Below are positions 18,652 to 28,892 of a DNA stretch of 64,000 nucleotides, piece after piece. The stretch's first letter is position 1; every line of letters starts with the position of its first letter. Position numbers and translations under genes: made by a program. Under the pieces are notes generated by a model. It saw only the letters and a list, made by a program, of their open reading frames with translations, had not been told where the DNA came from and searched no databases. The stretch is from assembly GCA_964536205.1 (NCBI GenBank), contig CAZHVT010000006.1, positions 8,623 to 72,622 of the forward strand, in the 5' to 3' direction. The DNA comes from an uncultured Gammaproteobacteria bacterium. GTDB lineage: Bacteria > Patescibacteriota > Patescibacteriia > Magasanikbacterales > GCA-002688135.

Positions 18652-18954
18652 CTAGAAAATCCACATGATGAGTAGTGATACAACTACTCCGACGAGAAAG
18701 CCGATTGAGAGCAGTGTGGTTCTTTCGCGTTCGATGCTTAAGGCTTGCTGTCTTTCTGCAGTGGTTTTTTGCAGAGTCAACAATTCGAGATCGATGATAC
18801 TGCATGCTCTGATTAGCTCGAGCGTTTTGTGTGTGAAATATCTACATCGAAATTCGTTGGCTTGCTCGCTGCTGCTTCCGAATGAAGTTACGATGTGTTC
18901 GTATTCGAGCAAGAGAGACTGTAGTTTCTTGGCTTCCATTGCTGCGTGCAACAT
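18652..18954 (-). CDS. small tail-anchored membrane protein, paralog 1 of 3
   Basis: Cytosolic N-terminal part with an FGxxSxEAxxFK motif plus a single C-terminal TM helix. Has its own terminator (ggccccaaacactggggc + T-run). Confidence 0.5.
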   Translation of the reverse strand: MLHAAMEAKKLQSLLLEYEHIVTSFGSSSEQANEFRCRYFTHKTLELIRACSIIDLELLTLQKTTAERQQALSIERERTTLLSIGFLVGVVVSLLIMWIF

Positions 18955-19053
18955 GTGGTATCTCCTTGTGAAAGATCACATGTAAGTATATTTGGATTTA
19001 TGTGGTTTGTCAATAAAAAACAGCCACGTTTGTGGCTGCATTGAGAACCCTGA

Positions 19054-19311
19054 TTAGAGATTCATCGATAGGAGTGCGACGACGATGGTCATCACTAGCG
19101 CAGGGGCGATCCATCTCGTGATGCCTTTTTGTTCAATGCGGCTTTCTGTTCTGCGGTGCCTGTCGTCCATTGCGTAGAGTCTCTGGTGAAGTTCTGGTTC
19201 GTGCAGGTATTGATCTTTGAAGCGTTCGGCTTCTTTTGATCCGGGCCCGAACATCGTCAGGAAAGCTTTGTATTGAATGACGATTTCGTCGATTCCGTAT
19301 TGAGTAAGCAT
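19054..19311 (-). CDS. small tail-anchored membrane protein, paralog 2 of 3
   Basis: Same architecture and motif (TMFGPGSKEAERFKDQY). Terminator cagccacaaacgtggctg + T-run. Confidence 0.5.
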   Translation of the reverse strand: MLTQYGIDEIVIQYKAFLTMFGPGSKEAERFKDQYLHEPELHQRLYAMDDRHRRTESRIEQKGITRWIAPALVMTIVVALLSMNL

Positions 19312-19318
19312 GTTTCTC

Positions 19319-19588
19319 CTAAATCAGGATGATTAGTGCAAGCGCGATGAGGATAGCTGCGAGCATGGCGTAGGTGCCACGTCGATTCTCATGGAATTGA
19401 GTGATTGCTCCTTCCGGATTGGTGTCGTAGAGTCGATCGGTTTGAGCGAAGATTTTTTGCGCGTCGCTGTTTGACCAGTGGCGCTGCTTGAATTTCGCGG
19501 CTTCGATTGAATGTACACCGAATGTCTGGACGACATCGACGTACGTCATCACACGATCATGAGAAACAATTCGATTTTTCCGGTTCAT
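19319..19588 (-). CDS. small tail-anchored membrane protein, paralog 3 of 3
   Basis: Same architecture and motif (TFGVHSIEAAKFKQRHW). Lies 7 nt upstream of paralog 2. Confidence 0.5.
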   Translation of the reverse strand: MNRKNRIVSHDRVMTYVDVVQTFGVHSIEAAKFKQRHWSNSDAQKIFAQTDRLYDTNPEGAITQFHENRRGTYAMLAAILIALALIILI

Positions 19589-19660
19589 TGTGTACCTCTT
19601 TTGTGAAAAATATCTGCCTTCAACATAGTCTATTTTTCATGATTTGTCAAGTATCTAAGG

Positions 19661-20986
19661 ATGCTGTTTAATGGATATATGAATTTTGAGTCTGTAAAAA
19701 AGGTGCATTGTATAGGAATTGGTGGAATTGGCGTGTCAGCTATTGCACGCTATTTTTTGTCGTTGGGAGCAGTTGTTACGGGAACTGATGTTGCGGACTC
19801 TGATTTGATTGAGCAGTTGAAAAAAGAGGGGATTAATATTGTGATTGGACATTCATCTGATTATGTTCGGGATTCTGTGGATTTGGTTGTGTATTCTCCA
19901 GCTGTCCCAAAGGAAAATCCAGAACGTATTCAAGCTGCAAAACGAGACATTGTACAAATGAGCTATCCAGAAGTTTTGGGTGAGATTTCTAAAACGCGTC
20001 CGACAATTGCTGTTACAGGCATGCATGGAAAAAGTACGACGACCGCCATGTTGGGCGTTCTTTTTGAAACTGCTGGTTTGGATCCATTGGTAATTGTAGG
20101 TACGCAGGTTCCGCAATTTGAGAAGGAAAATATTCGTTTGTCACAGTCTGCTGATGCGCCATTTATTGTTGAGGCGTGTGAGTATCGTGGACATATGAAT
20201 TATTTGTCACCACAGATGGTGGTTATCACGAATATTGAGGAGGAGCATTTGGATTTTTATCGTGATATTCATCATATCATTGAGACGTTTCAGGAGTTTG
20301 TTGATCGTGTTCCTGCAGAGGGTACGATTGTGCGCTTGGAGCGAGATGCAATACTGCATCCATTAATGAGTGCAGCGGATGAATTGCAATGTGATCCTTC
20401 TGTTTTGGATATTGCGGGTGTCAGTGTTCCAGTTCCTGGTGAACACAATCGTGAGAATGCGGCTTTAGCTTATTGCGCTGCTCGGATGTGGGGAGTTAAG
20501 GATGATATGCTGAAGGCTGGGCTTGAGGCGTATTCTGGAATTTGGAGACGATTTGAAGTTGTCGGGTCTTATGATGATACAACAGTGATCTCAGATTATG
20601 GACATCATCCAACAGAAATTCGATCGACTTTGCAGGCAGCGCGCGATGCATATCCTGATAAGAAATTGTTGTTAGTTTTTCAGCCGCATCAATATGATCG
20701 TACGAAAAAATTGTTTGATGATTTCATTGATGAATTGCAAAAATGGGATGGGGTGGTAGTGGTTGATGTGTATGATGTTGCGGGACGAGAGGAATTGAAA
20801 AGTGTTGGTTCGCCGAACATTGTTGCAGCCTTGCAAGACTTGACTCGGGTGTGGTTTGGAGGATCTGTAGAAGATTCTCAATCTGTTGTTGAAAGATTGG
20901 CGTCGGATTTTGATGTTGTTGTGGTTATGGGGGCGGGGACTGTTGATGGAGTGGCGCGACGTATGACAAATAAAAAAAGCCCGTAG
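19661..20986 (+). CDS. murC: UDP-N-acetylmuramate--L-alanine ligase
   Basis: Mur ligase: N-terminal Rossmann GIGGIGVS, P-loop GMHGKSTTTAM. The exact start is uncertain (M1 or M7). Confidence 0.8.
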   Translation: MLFNGYMNFESVKKVHCIGIGGIGVSAIARYFLSLGAVVTGTDVADSDLIEQLKKEGINIVIGHSSDYVRDSVDLVVYSPAVPKENPERIQAAKRDIVQMSYPEVLGEISKTRPTIAVTGMHGKSTTTAMLGVLFETAGLDPLVIVGTQVPQFEKENIRLSQSADAPFIVEACEYRGHMNYLSPQMVVITNIEEEHLDFYRDIHHIIETFQEFVDRVPAEGTIVRLERDAILHPLMSAADELQCDPSVLDIAGVSVPVPGEHNRENAALAYCAARMWGVKDDMLKAGLEAYSGIWRRFEVVGSYDDTTVISDYGHHPTEIRSTLQAARDAYPDKKLLLVFQPHQYDRTKKLFDDFIDELQKWDGVVVVDVYDVAGREELKSVGSPNIVAALQDLTRVWFGGSVEDSQSVVERLASDFDVVVVMGAGTVDGVARRMTNKKSP

Positions 20987-20989
20987 GCT

Positions 20990-21130
20990 TTATTCGTCGT
21001 AGTAATCTTCATCAGGTTCATATGCATCCGAAACAGGTTTGTTGCCTATGAGTAGCATTATGAGAGCTGCGAGAAGAGGCAGAAATGTGAGGAAGAGAAT
21101 TACCTCTATAGGTTCAATCATCAACAGCAT
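20990..21130 (-). CDS. very small membrane protein (46 aa), not in ORF track
   Basis: SD ggaga 5 nt before the ATG. Single hydrophobic helix plus an acidic tail. Lies directly downstream of the 83-aa gene. Confidence 0.3.
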   Translation of the reverse strand: MLLMIEPIEVILFLTFLPLLAALIMLLIGNKPVSDAYEPDEDYYDE

Positions 21131-21132
21131 AC

Positions 21133-21384
21133 TTATCTCCGTTGCCTTCGGTACTCTGGCCCTTCTATGATTTTTGCTGGTTCACAGTATTTGCTGAACG
21201 TGCCTCCAGCCATTGGGTCGTCGTTTCCATATTCACGTTCGATGCAGTCGTGGGAAGGAGCGTAGATCCAGATACAAGTGAATATCGCGATAATAATTAC
21301 ACATATTGATGTGATGATCGCCCATTCTTTTCTGGTCATCTTTGGTTCGCTTGATGTCATGATTTGCCTCCTGTTGGTTATCAC
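21133..21384 (-). CDS. small membrane protein (83 aa)
   Basis: ORF with one TM helix. Confidence 0.4.
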   Translation of the reverse strand: MITNRRQIMTSSEPKMTRKEWAIITSICVIIIAIFTCIWIYAPSHDCIEREYGNDDPMAGGTFSKYCEPAKIIEGPEYRRQRR

Positions 21385-21415
21385 GTTAGACTAATTTTCA
21401 TGTATTGTCAATGAT

Positions 21416-22384
21416 ATGACAGAATTTGTAACACAATTAAAAACGCAACAAATAGCGGTTAAGCGTGATGTACCACTTTCTTCGTTTACCTCGTTTCACA
21501 TTGGTGGGCCGGCGAAATATTTTGCTGTTGTTGAGGATGAAAAGAATTTGGTTTTGTTGTTGAAATTGGCACGTGAACATGAGATTCCTGTTTTTATTAT
21601 GGGAGGTGGTTCTAACGTGTTGGTAGCAGATGAGGGGTTTGATGGTTTGGTAGTTCATTGTCAGTTACATCAGATTAAATTTGATGATTGTGTCGTGCAT
21701 GTTGATTCTGGAGTCATGACTGCTCAACTTGCTGGCAAAACTGTAGTACAGGGTTTAGCTGGATTGGAGTGGTCTGTAGGGATTCCTGGAAGAATTGGCG
21801 GGGCGATTCGTGGGAATGCAGGGGCTATGGGGGGAGAGTTTCGTGATGTCATTACGTCTGTTAGATACATTGATGATCATGGAGATATTCATGAGCGATC
21901 AAATGAAGCATGTGAGTTTGGATATCGTGAGAGTATTTTTAAGAAAACAAAAGATATTATTTTGGGATGTACTATACAACTTTCTCGCGGCGATAAAAAT
22001 GAATCGCAAAAAAAGATGAGAGATTATTTGTCTCATCGTAATACAACACAGCCGAAAGGATTTGGCAGTTCGGGTTGTATGTTTAAAAATTATGAGTGTG
22101 GAGATGATGAAGAAATTGAGAGATTGCGCGGTTTGGGTGTTCCTGATGGCATGCTTGAATCAAAACGGATTTCAGCAGGATGGTTAGTTGAGCATGCCGG
22201 CGCGAAGGGTGTGAAAGTTGGAGGTGCAGAAGTTTCTGATGTGCATGGAAACTTTGTGGTGAATGCTGGTGATGCAACAGCAGAGAATGTTCGAGATGTT
22301 GTCAATCAAGTTAAACAAAAAGTTAAGGATGTATTTGGACTTGATCTACATGAAGAGGTTCAGTATATTGGATTTGAGGCTTGA
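21416..22384 (+). CDS. murB: UDP-N-acetylenolpyruvoylglucosamine reductase
   Basis: FAD-binding MurB N-terminus (FTSFHIGGPAKYF, FIMGGGSNVL) and MurB C-terminal domain. Confidence 0.85.
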   Translation: MTEFVTQLKTQQIAVKRDVPLSSFTSFHIGGPAKYFAVVEDEKNLVLLLKLAREHEIPVFIMGGGSNVLVADEGFDGLVVHCQLHQIKFDDCVVHVDSGVMTAQLAGKTVVQGLAGLEWSVGIPGRIGGAIRGNAGAMGGEFRDVITSVRYIDDHGDIHERSNEACEFGYRESIFKKTKDIILGCTIQLSRGDKNESQKKMRDYLSHRNTTQPKGFGSSGCMFKNYECGDDEEIERLRGLGVPDGMLESKRISAGWLVEHAGAKGVKVGGAEVSDVHGNFVVNAGDATAENVRDVVNQVKQKVKDVFGLDLHEEVQYIGFEA

Positions 22385-22562
22385 TACACAATAGAGCTTT
22401 TGACAAAATTTCCACATTGAGACTCAATTTTCCAAAAAGTTTTTTGACTTAGCTATTGCTAGGCCTGCAAAATTTTTTGAATAATTGATCATTCAATCTG
22501 AAAATTTGTGTCTAAAAGTCTATTGTGTACCAAACCTCCGGATTAGTAATTAACGTAAACGT

Positions 22563-22895
22563 ATGCGAACCGAGATTAAGGCAACTAACATTGAGTTAAC
22601 CGATGCGATAAAAGAGCGAGTTCAGCTAAAGGCAAACATGTTGGATCGATTTATGAATGTTCCGCATGCGCCAACAAATCCGATTGCGTTTGTAGAAGTT
22701 GAAAAATTGACTGGTTCGCATCATAAAAAGGGTGATGTGTTTCGATGTGAATGGATGTTTGATTTAGGATCGAAGTTATTACGCGTAGAAAAAACCAGTG
22801 CTGATTTGTACAAATCAATTGAAAAGGTGAAGGATGAGATGGAGCGGCAACTTATTAGATTAAAGGAAAAGAATCTTTCAAAAAGACGTGCATAG
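22563..22895 (+). CDS. hpf: ribosome hibernation promoting factor / RaiA family (short form)
   Basis: N-terminus MRTEIKATNIELTDAIKERV is typical of the YfiA/HPF family. Confidence 0.7.
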   Translation: MRTEIKATNIELTDAIKERVQLKANMLDRFMNVPHAPTNPIAFVEVEKLTGSHHKKGDVFRCEWMFDLGSKLLRVEKTSADLYKSIEKVKDEMERQLIRLKEKNLSKRRA

Positions 22896-22924
22896 ATATA
22901 GTAATAGCAATTTCAGTTGAGGTA

Positions 22925-23078
22925 TTGACAAGCTCCTGCGTGTGTGCTATACAGACAGTAGCACCCCGCACTTACTTTGTGAGTAGTTAGGCTTCTGTGC
23001 ATCTCGAGGTGGAGAACAGAGGTGTGATGTGGTGTCGACGCACCTCGATTAGCCCGTAGCTTTGAGCTGCGGGTTTTT
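22925..23078 (+). ncRNA. candidate small RNA or attenuator: TTGACA-17-TATACA promoter, ~120-nt GC-rich structured transcript, intrinsic terminator
   Basis: Promoter at 22925-22953. An 8-9-bp hairpin (ctcgaggtg...cacctcgag). Terminator cccgtagctttgagctgcggg + T5 at 23053-23078. No ORF. Confidence 0.25.
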
Positions 23079-23159
23079 CATTCTCGACATTTTTAGTAGT
23101 TCATGCTATATTAATGTTTCTATTATGAAGTGGATATCGGGTCGAGCCCGGCATGACAT

Positions 23160-25880
23160 ATGAAAAAATTATTGAAATTTGTATTTGGTGATCCGATTGC
23201 CAAAGAGATGGGGAAGTTGCAATCGGAGATTCTTGAGGTTAATAAACTTGAGGAGGATTTTAAGAAATTATCAGATGAAGAACTTCGTGCGAAAACGGAG
23301 GAGTTTAAGAAGCGAATCGTGGCTGGTGAGAAAATAGATGATATGCTTTACGAGACGTTTGCAACAGTTCGGGAATCTGCGGTTCGTGTGTTGGGACAGC
23401 GTCATTATGATGTGCAGTTGATTGGGGGGCTTGTGTTGCATCGTCGTGGGATTGCAGAAATGAGAACTGGTGAGGGTAAAACGCTGACATCTACTTTGGC
23501 GACATATACTTCTGCTCTTGAAGGCAAAGGTGTGCATTTGGTGACGCCGAATGATTATTTGGCGAAACGTGATGCGGTTTGGATGGGGGAATTGTTGGCT
23601 GCGCTTGGTTTGTCTGTTGGGGTTGTGCAGGCTCAGCAGGAATCTTTTATTTATGATGCATCTTACATTCCAGAAACTCCGGAAGAGGCTGAAGACCATG
23701 ATGAAACCGCATCGTTTAAAGTTGAGATGGAATATTTGCGTCCATGTAACCGAAAGGAAGCGTATGGTGCGGATGTGACGTATGGAACGAATAATGAATT
23801 TGGTTTCGATTTTTTAAGAGATAACATGGTGATGGATCGTGATTCTATGGTGCAGCGTCCGCTCTATCATGCAATTATTGATGAGATTGATTCTATTTTG
23901 GTTGATGAGGCTCGAACGCCGTTGATTATTTCTGCTCCTGCGCAGGAGGGGACGGATCAGTATTATCGCTATGCGCAATTGGTTCGTGGTCTGCATATTG
24001 AGGAACATTATACGGTTGATGAAAAGGCGCGAAGTGCATTGCTTACGAGTGAGGGGATTGAGGCGATTGAAAAAGCGATGGGAGTTGGAAATCTCTATAC
24101 CGAAGCTGGGATGAAAGTTGTACATCATTTGGAAAACGCTTTGAAAGCAGAAGCAATTTTTAAGAAAGATAAAGATTATGTCGTGCAAGGTGAGGAGATT
24201 GTGATTGTTGATGAATTTACTGGTCGTATGATGTATGGACGTCGATATTCTGAAGGATTGCATCAAGCGATTGAAGCGAAAGAAAATGTGGCTATTCAAC
24301 GTGAGTCTGAGACACTCGCAACTATTACATTTCAAAATTATTTCCGTATGTATGAAAAGTTGTCAGGGATGACGGGTACGGCGGAAACTGAAGCAGAGGA
24401 GTTTGGGAAGATTTATGGATTGGAAGTGTTTTCAATTCCCACAAATAAACCTATTGCACGAAAGGATTTGCAGGATCGTATTTATGCGAGTGAGCGTGGG
24501 AAGTTTCAGGCGGTTATTCGTGAGATTAAGGAGCGTGCTGGGGCTGGTCAGCCGATTTTGGTTGGTACGGCTTCTATTGAGAAGAATGAATTATTTTCGG
24601 AATTATTGGATAAGGCTGGAGTTGAGCATCAAATGTTGAATGCGAAGAATCATGAGCGTGAGGCGCAAGTTGTTGCACAGGCCGGAAAACCTGGCGCGGT
24701 TACAGTTGCAACGAATATGGCTGGGCGTGGTGTTGATATTGTTCTTGGTGGGAATCCTCCGACAGAAGAAGATGCGAAAATTGTGAAGGATGCTGGAGGT
24801 TTGGCGGTGATTGCAACAGAGCGACATGATTCTCGACGTATCGATAATCAGTTGCGTGGACGTTCTGGGCGACAGGGTGACCCGGGGATGAGTCAGTTTT
24901 ATATTTCTGTTGAAGATGATTTGATGCGAATTTTTGGAAGTGATCGGATGAAGAACATCATGCAGAAATTGAATTTTCCTGAAGACATGCCAGTTGAAAA
25001 TGGTATTGTTTCAAAATCTTTGGAAACAGCGCAGCATAAAGTTGAGTCTCATAATTATGATATTCGAAAACATTTGTTGGAGTATGACGATGTTTTGAAT
25101 CGTCATCGAACTTCCGTGTATGCTCGACGTCGACAAGTTTTGACTTTGGCTGATTCTGAAGACCCGAAAGATTGGGAAGAATTGCATCAGCTGGCTATTC
25201 TCACCATTCATACAGAATTCAAAAATATTGTTTCGAACTATTTAGATCGCGAGGATGGCACGTGGGATGTAGATGGATTGGTAGATTCGCTTCGTTTGGT
25301 GATGCCATTGCCAGATAATTTGAAGGATCAGATTGTTGCGCATGCGACAGACAAAGAAGAACCAGAAGCTCGTATTGCTGCGCAGCAGGCTGTTTTGGAT
25401 ATGTTGAGTGGAATGGCTGATGAGCAATATGAGTTTTTGCGTAATAAGATTGGTGAGCCAGAGGAAATTGCAAAAATTGAAAAGAATGCGATGTTGCGAG
25501 CGATTGATTCTTTGTGGGTTGAACATTTAGTGGCAGTTCGGTATTTACGAAATTCGATTGGTTTGCAGGGATATGGTCAGCGCGATCCTTTGATTGAATA
25601 TAAGAAAATCGCGTTTAACATGTATCATGATTTGATGGCGGCGATTGATAATGAGATTACGACTACTTTATTTAGAATTGGACATGCTTCTGTTGAAGCG
25701 AAATCTTTGATGGATCGTGTTGGGGTTACGATGGCTGGAGCTGCGAAAATAATGGGAGCAAAGCATGCAACACAATCTCAACAAGGAACTCCGGGGAAGA
25801 CGGTCGAAAAAGTTGGCCGTAATGAACCATGTAGCTGTGGTTCTGGTAAGAAGTACAAGAAGTGCCACGGAAGCAATTAA
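23160..25880 (+). CDS. secA: preprotein translocase ATPase SecA (906 aa, C-terminal CxCGSGKKYKKCHG zinc motif)
   Basis: DEAD-motor motifs and the SecA zinc-binding tail. Confidence 0.95.
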   Translation: MKKLLKFVFGDPIAKEMGKLQSEILEVNKLEEDFKKLSDEELRAKTEEFKKRIVAGEKIDDMLYETFATVRESAVRVLGQRHYDVQLIGGLVLHRRGIAEMRTGEGKTLTSTLATYTSALEGKGVHLVTPNDYLAKRDAVWMGELLAALGLSVGVVQAQQESFIYDASYIPETPEEAEDHDETASFKVEMEYLRPCNRKEAYGADVTYGTNNEFGFDFLRDNMVMDRDSMVQRPLYHAIIDEIDSILVDEARTPLIISAPAQEGTDQYYRYAQLVRGLHIEEHYTVDEKARSALLTSEGIEAIEKAMGVGNLYTEAGMKVVHHLENALKAEAIFKKDKDYVVQGEEIVIVDEFTGRMMYGRRYSEGLHQAIEAKENVAIQRESETLATITFQNYFRMYEKLSGMTGTAETEAEEFGKIYGLEVFSIPTNKPIARKDLQDRIYASERGKFQAVIREIKERAGAGQPILVGTASIEKNELFSELLDKAGVEHQMLNAKNHEREAQVVAQAGKPGAVTVATNMAGRGVDIVLGGNPPTEEDAKIVKDAGGLAVIATERHDSRRIDNQLRGRSGRQGDPGMSQFYISVEDDLMRIFGSDRMKNIMQKLNFPEDMPVENGIVSKSLETAQHKVESHNYDIRKHLLEYDDVLNRHRTSVYARRRQVLTLADSEDPKDWEELHQLAILTIHTEFKNIVSNYLDREDGTWDVDGLVDSLRLVMPLPDNLKDQIVAHATDKEEPEARIAAQQAVLDMLSGMADEQYEFLRNKIGEPEEIAKIEKNAMLRAIDSLWVEHLVAVRYLRNSIGLQGYGQRDPLIEYKKIAFNMYHDLMAAIDNEITTTLFRIGHASVEAKSLMDRVGVTMAGAAKIMGAKHATQSQQGTPGKTVEKVGRNEPCSCGSGKKYKKCHGSN

Positions 25881-25910
25881 AAAAGCACTACGTTGTAGTG
25901 CTTTGTGATT

Positions 25911-26648
25911 CTAATCTTGCTGTTCTGTTGCGATCGGCGTATAGCCACGCTCGATTGCGGTTTCGGTAATGAGTTCTCTTGCGAAATCGAGTAAATCGTA
26001 TGAAAATAGGCGAACAGCGGGAGTGGAGTTTTTGACTCCGAGATATCCCATGGTTGCAACGCCGCGCATGCCCAATCCCATTGAACATGCTTCGATAACT
26101 TGTTGTCCGAGCTTAAGACCTAGTCTCATGATAATGTCTTGGCAATCGGCAAGTTTTTCTGGGTAGTCTTCTTTTTCCAACACCACCGTGCCAAGATCGT
26201 GAGCCATCTTAATGACAGCTATGCGATCATTTGTGAATGCGATACATTCATTGAGTTGTGCTGTGAGTCGCAATAGGAATGTTTTTGCCTGCTCATACCG
26301 TGCGTCCCAGATTGGATTATCAAGACTCTCTAGTTGTGAGTGTAGTTGTTTCATCAACGCTTTGTACGATTCGAGCTCATCAGGAGCTGGAAATTCGTTG
26401 ATCTTTACCTGCCACTTCGGAATTTTGATCCACGGATCTGGCGTCACATCATCGGGATGTGTATTGAGGAAATGGAGAATCATCCAGCGAGCAATTTGCA
26501 GTTGATCGTTGAGAAAGCTTTCTTCAGATACTTCAGTGAGGCCCGATGTTCTTTGTGGTCCTGATTGTAAAAAGACGAGTCCGAGTTGTGTGTTGCGAGC
26601 GATGTTCGCCACGTGCGTGCTCACAAACGGCTGTGGTTGTAGTTCCAT
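25911..26648 (-). CDS. hypothetical protein (245 aa)
   Basis: ORF convergent with secA. No confident motif. Confidence 0.5.
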   Translation of the reverse strand: MELQPQPFVSTHVANIARNTQLGLVFLQSGPQRTSGLTEVSEESFLNDQLQIARWMILHFLNTHPDDVTPDPWIKIPKWQVKINEFPAPDELESYKALMKQLHSQLESLDNPIWDARYEQAKTFLLRLTAQLNECIAFTNDRIAVIKMAHDLGTVVLEKEDYPEKLADCQDIIMRLGLKLGQQVIEACSMGLGMRGVATMGYLGVKNSTPAVRLFSYDLLDFARELITETAIERGYTPIATEQQD

Positions 26649-26762
26649 GCTTTCCTCTTTTTAATGAACGTTGTGCGAAGATATCTGTATGATACATTGC
26701 GGGGCTTTTTTAACAAAATTTTGTAGATATGTCAAGTATTTTGGATCCTCCTATTATCCACT

Positions 26763-26791
26763 TTGACCTGAAATGATTGGCGTAGTATAAT
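26763..26791 (+). promoter_or_regulatory. sigma70-like promoter (TTGACC-17-TATAAT) for secD; a leader of only ~6 nt implies a near-leaderless mRNA
   Basis: Hexamers read directly. The ATG at 26804 is 12 nt after the -10 box. Confidence 0.4.
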
Positions 26792-26803
26792 CCAGCCGAA
26801 TTT

Positions 26804-28891
26804 ATGGATAACCCGAAATGGCAGAAAAATCCCGTAAAAACAGTGAGCCGCTCAACCGTGCGTTGGGTGGTGTTTGGTATAGTGCTCTTGTTGGGCGCTT
26901 CTTTTATTTTTGATTTTCCAGGAGTTTATAATAAGGGAGTCAGTCATATTGAAGAGCGATATGGATTTTCATTTCCGAAAGTAGAGAAGGAAAGTCCGTA
27001 TGTGTTGGGATTGGATTTGAGAGGCGGTGCGCATTTGGTGTATGAGGCTGATGTGACAGGAATTGCAGAAATTGAACAACGAAGTGCTGTTGATGGAGTT
27101 CGTGATGTGATTGAACGTCGCGTCAATTCGTTGGGAGTTGCGGAGCCTGTGCTGCAAACGAATAAATCTGGAGAGCGATGGCGTGTGATTGTTGAGTTGG
27201 CAGGCGTGAAGGATGTACGAGAGGCGATTGATGCGATTGGAGAAACGCCGGTTTTGGAATTTAAGGAGTTGTCAGACGAACCACCACGTGATCTTACGCA
27301 GGAGGAATTGGATAAGTTGGTTGAGGTGAATGCGCAGGAATTAGAGCGTGCAAAAGATTTGTTGAAAAAAATTACAGTTGAGGGAGAGGAATTTGAAAAT
27401 ATTGCTAATGCAAATTCACAGGATATTCGATCTCGCGATAATGGTGGGTTAGTTGGATTTGTTCGTGAAGAGGGGATTTATGCTCCGTTGGTCGCGGCAA
27501 CAAAATCTCATCCGGTAAAATCAGTGTATCCGAAACTTGTTGAAAATGAAGAGGGTCACAATATTGTTCGTATCAATAGTGTTGATCGTGAGGGTGAGGA
27601 ATATGGAGTTGGACATATTTTGATTTGTCATGAAAAATCTCCGCAAGGATGTCCGGAAGCGCGTGGTCAATTGGATGCTCGTGCAAAAGCTGACGGAATT
27701 TATGCGAATATTTTGGATCGAAAGTTGCGGATGAATCAGGAGCAGATTAAGAAATTAGCAGTGGAGTTTTCTGAAGAGCCGGGAGTTGATGCGCGTGAGG
27801 GAGATTTTGGTTTTGTATCGATCGGCCAGTTGCCGCAAGCGTTAGAAGATTATGTTGTTGGTGCGCCGATTAATGAATTATCTGCACCGATTGAAACGGA
27901 GTTTGGTTTTCATTTGGTAGTTAAGTATGATCAGCGTCAATTAGAATTGTATAATCTATCTCGCATTTTAATTTCTAAGACGAGTGAAACAGATGTCTTG
28001 CCACAAAATGATCGATGGGCTTCAACAGGATTATCAGGGAAGCAATTAGAGCGTGCGAATTTGCAGTTTGAGCAGAATGGAGCGGCGATTGTTGGTATCC
28101 AATTTAATGACGAAGGACGTAAGTTGTTTGGTGAATTAACTACAAAGCATGTAGGAAGTTTGATTGCGATTTTCTTGGATGGTCAACCTATTAGCACACC
28201 TGTTGTGAATCAGCCGATTTTGGGTGGTAGTGCGGTGATTCAAGGAAATTTTACCATTGAATCTGCAAAAACTTTGGCGCAACGATTAAACGCTGGTGCG
28301 CTTCCTGTTCCTATTGAATTAGTCAGTCAGTCTACTGTTGGAGCTTCGCTTGGAGCGGATACTCTTGAAAAGAGTGTTCAGGCTGGATTGATTGGTTTGT
28401 TGCTTGTTATTATTTTCATGATCGCATTTTACAGATTGCCTGGCTTGGTTTCGTCGATTTCTTTGATCTTGTATTTGTTATTGGTTCTCGCGGTTTTCAA
28501 AATTGTACCTGTTACGCTTACGGCCGCTTCGATTGCTGGTTTGGTGCTCTCTTTGGGAATGGCGATTGATGCGAATATTCTGATTTTTGAGAGAATGAAA
28601 GAGGAGTTGCAAGATGGAAAATCATTGTCTCAATCTCTTGAGATAGGCTTTAATCGTGCGTGGTTTGCGATTCGTGCATCAAATATGTCTAGTGCAATTA
28701 CTGCTGTCATTTTGATTTATCTTTCAACGAGTATTGTGAAGGGATTTGCTGTGACATTGTTGATTGGTATTGCGATGAGTGTGTTCACGGCTGTGACAAT
28801 TACGCGGTACCTCATGCGATTTGTAATTGGATTCACAAAAGCACGACCAATTTGGTATTTGGGCGCAAGCTCTAAACGAGATGACACATAA
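26804..28891 (+). CDS. secD: protein-export membrane protein SecD with a ~230-aa periplasmic insertion containing two parvulin (PpiC)-type PPIase-like segments
   Basis: LGLDLRGGAHLVYE and GVAEPVLQ SecD motifs plus C-terminal TM helices. The inserted segments match parvulin motifs (GGLVGFV...GHNIVRI; GDFGFVS...TEFGFHLVVK). Confidence 0.85.
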   Translation: MDNPKWQKNPVKTVSRSTVRWVVFGIVLLLGASFIFDFPGVYNKGVSHIEERYGFSFPKVEKESPYVLGLDLRGGAHLVYEADVTGIAEIEQRSAVDGVRDVIERRVNSLGVAEPVLQTNKSGERWRVIVELAGVKDVREAIDAIGETPVLEFKELSDEPPRDLTQEELDKLVEVNAQELERAKDLLKKITVEGEEFENIANANSQDIRSRDNGGLVGFVREEGIYAPLVAATKSHPVKSVYPKLVENEEGHNIVRINSVDREGEEYGVGHILICHEKSPQGCPEARGQLDARAKADGIYANILDRKLRMNQEQIKKLAVEFSEEPGVDAREGDFGFVSIGQLPQALEDYVVGAPINELSAPIETEFGFHLVVKYDQRQLELYNLSRILISKTSETDVLPQNDRWASTGLSGKQLERANLQFEQNGAAIVGIQFNDEGRKLFGELTTKHVGSLIAIFLDGQPISTPVVNQPILGGSAVIQGNFTIESAKTLAQRLNAGALPVPIELVSQSTVGASLGADTLEKSVQAGLIGLLLVIIFMIAFYRLPGLVSSISLILYLLLVLAVFKIVPVTLTAASIAGLVLSLGMAIDANILIFERMKEELQDGKSLSQSLEIGFNRAWFAIRASNMSSAITAVILIYLSTSIVKGFAVTLLIGIAMSVFTAVTITRYLMRFVIGFTKARPIWYLGASSKRDDT

Positions 28892-28892
28892 T

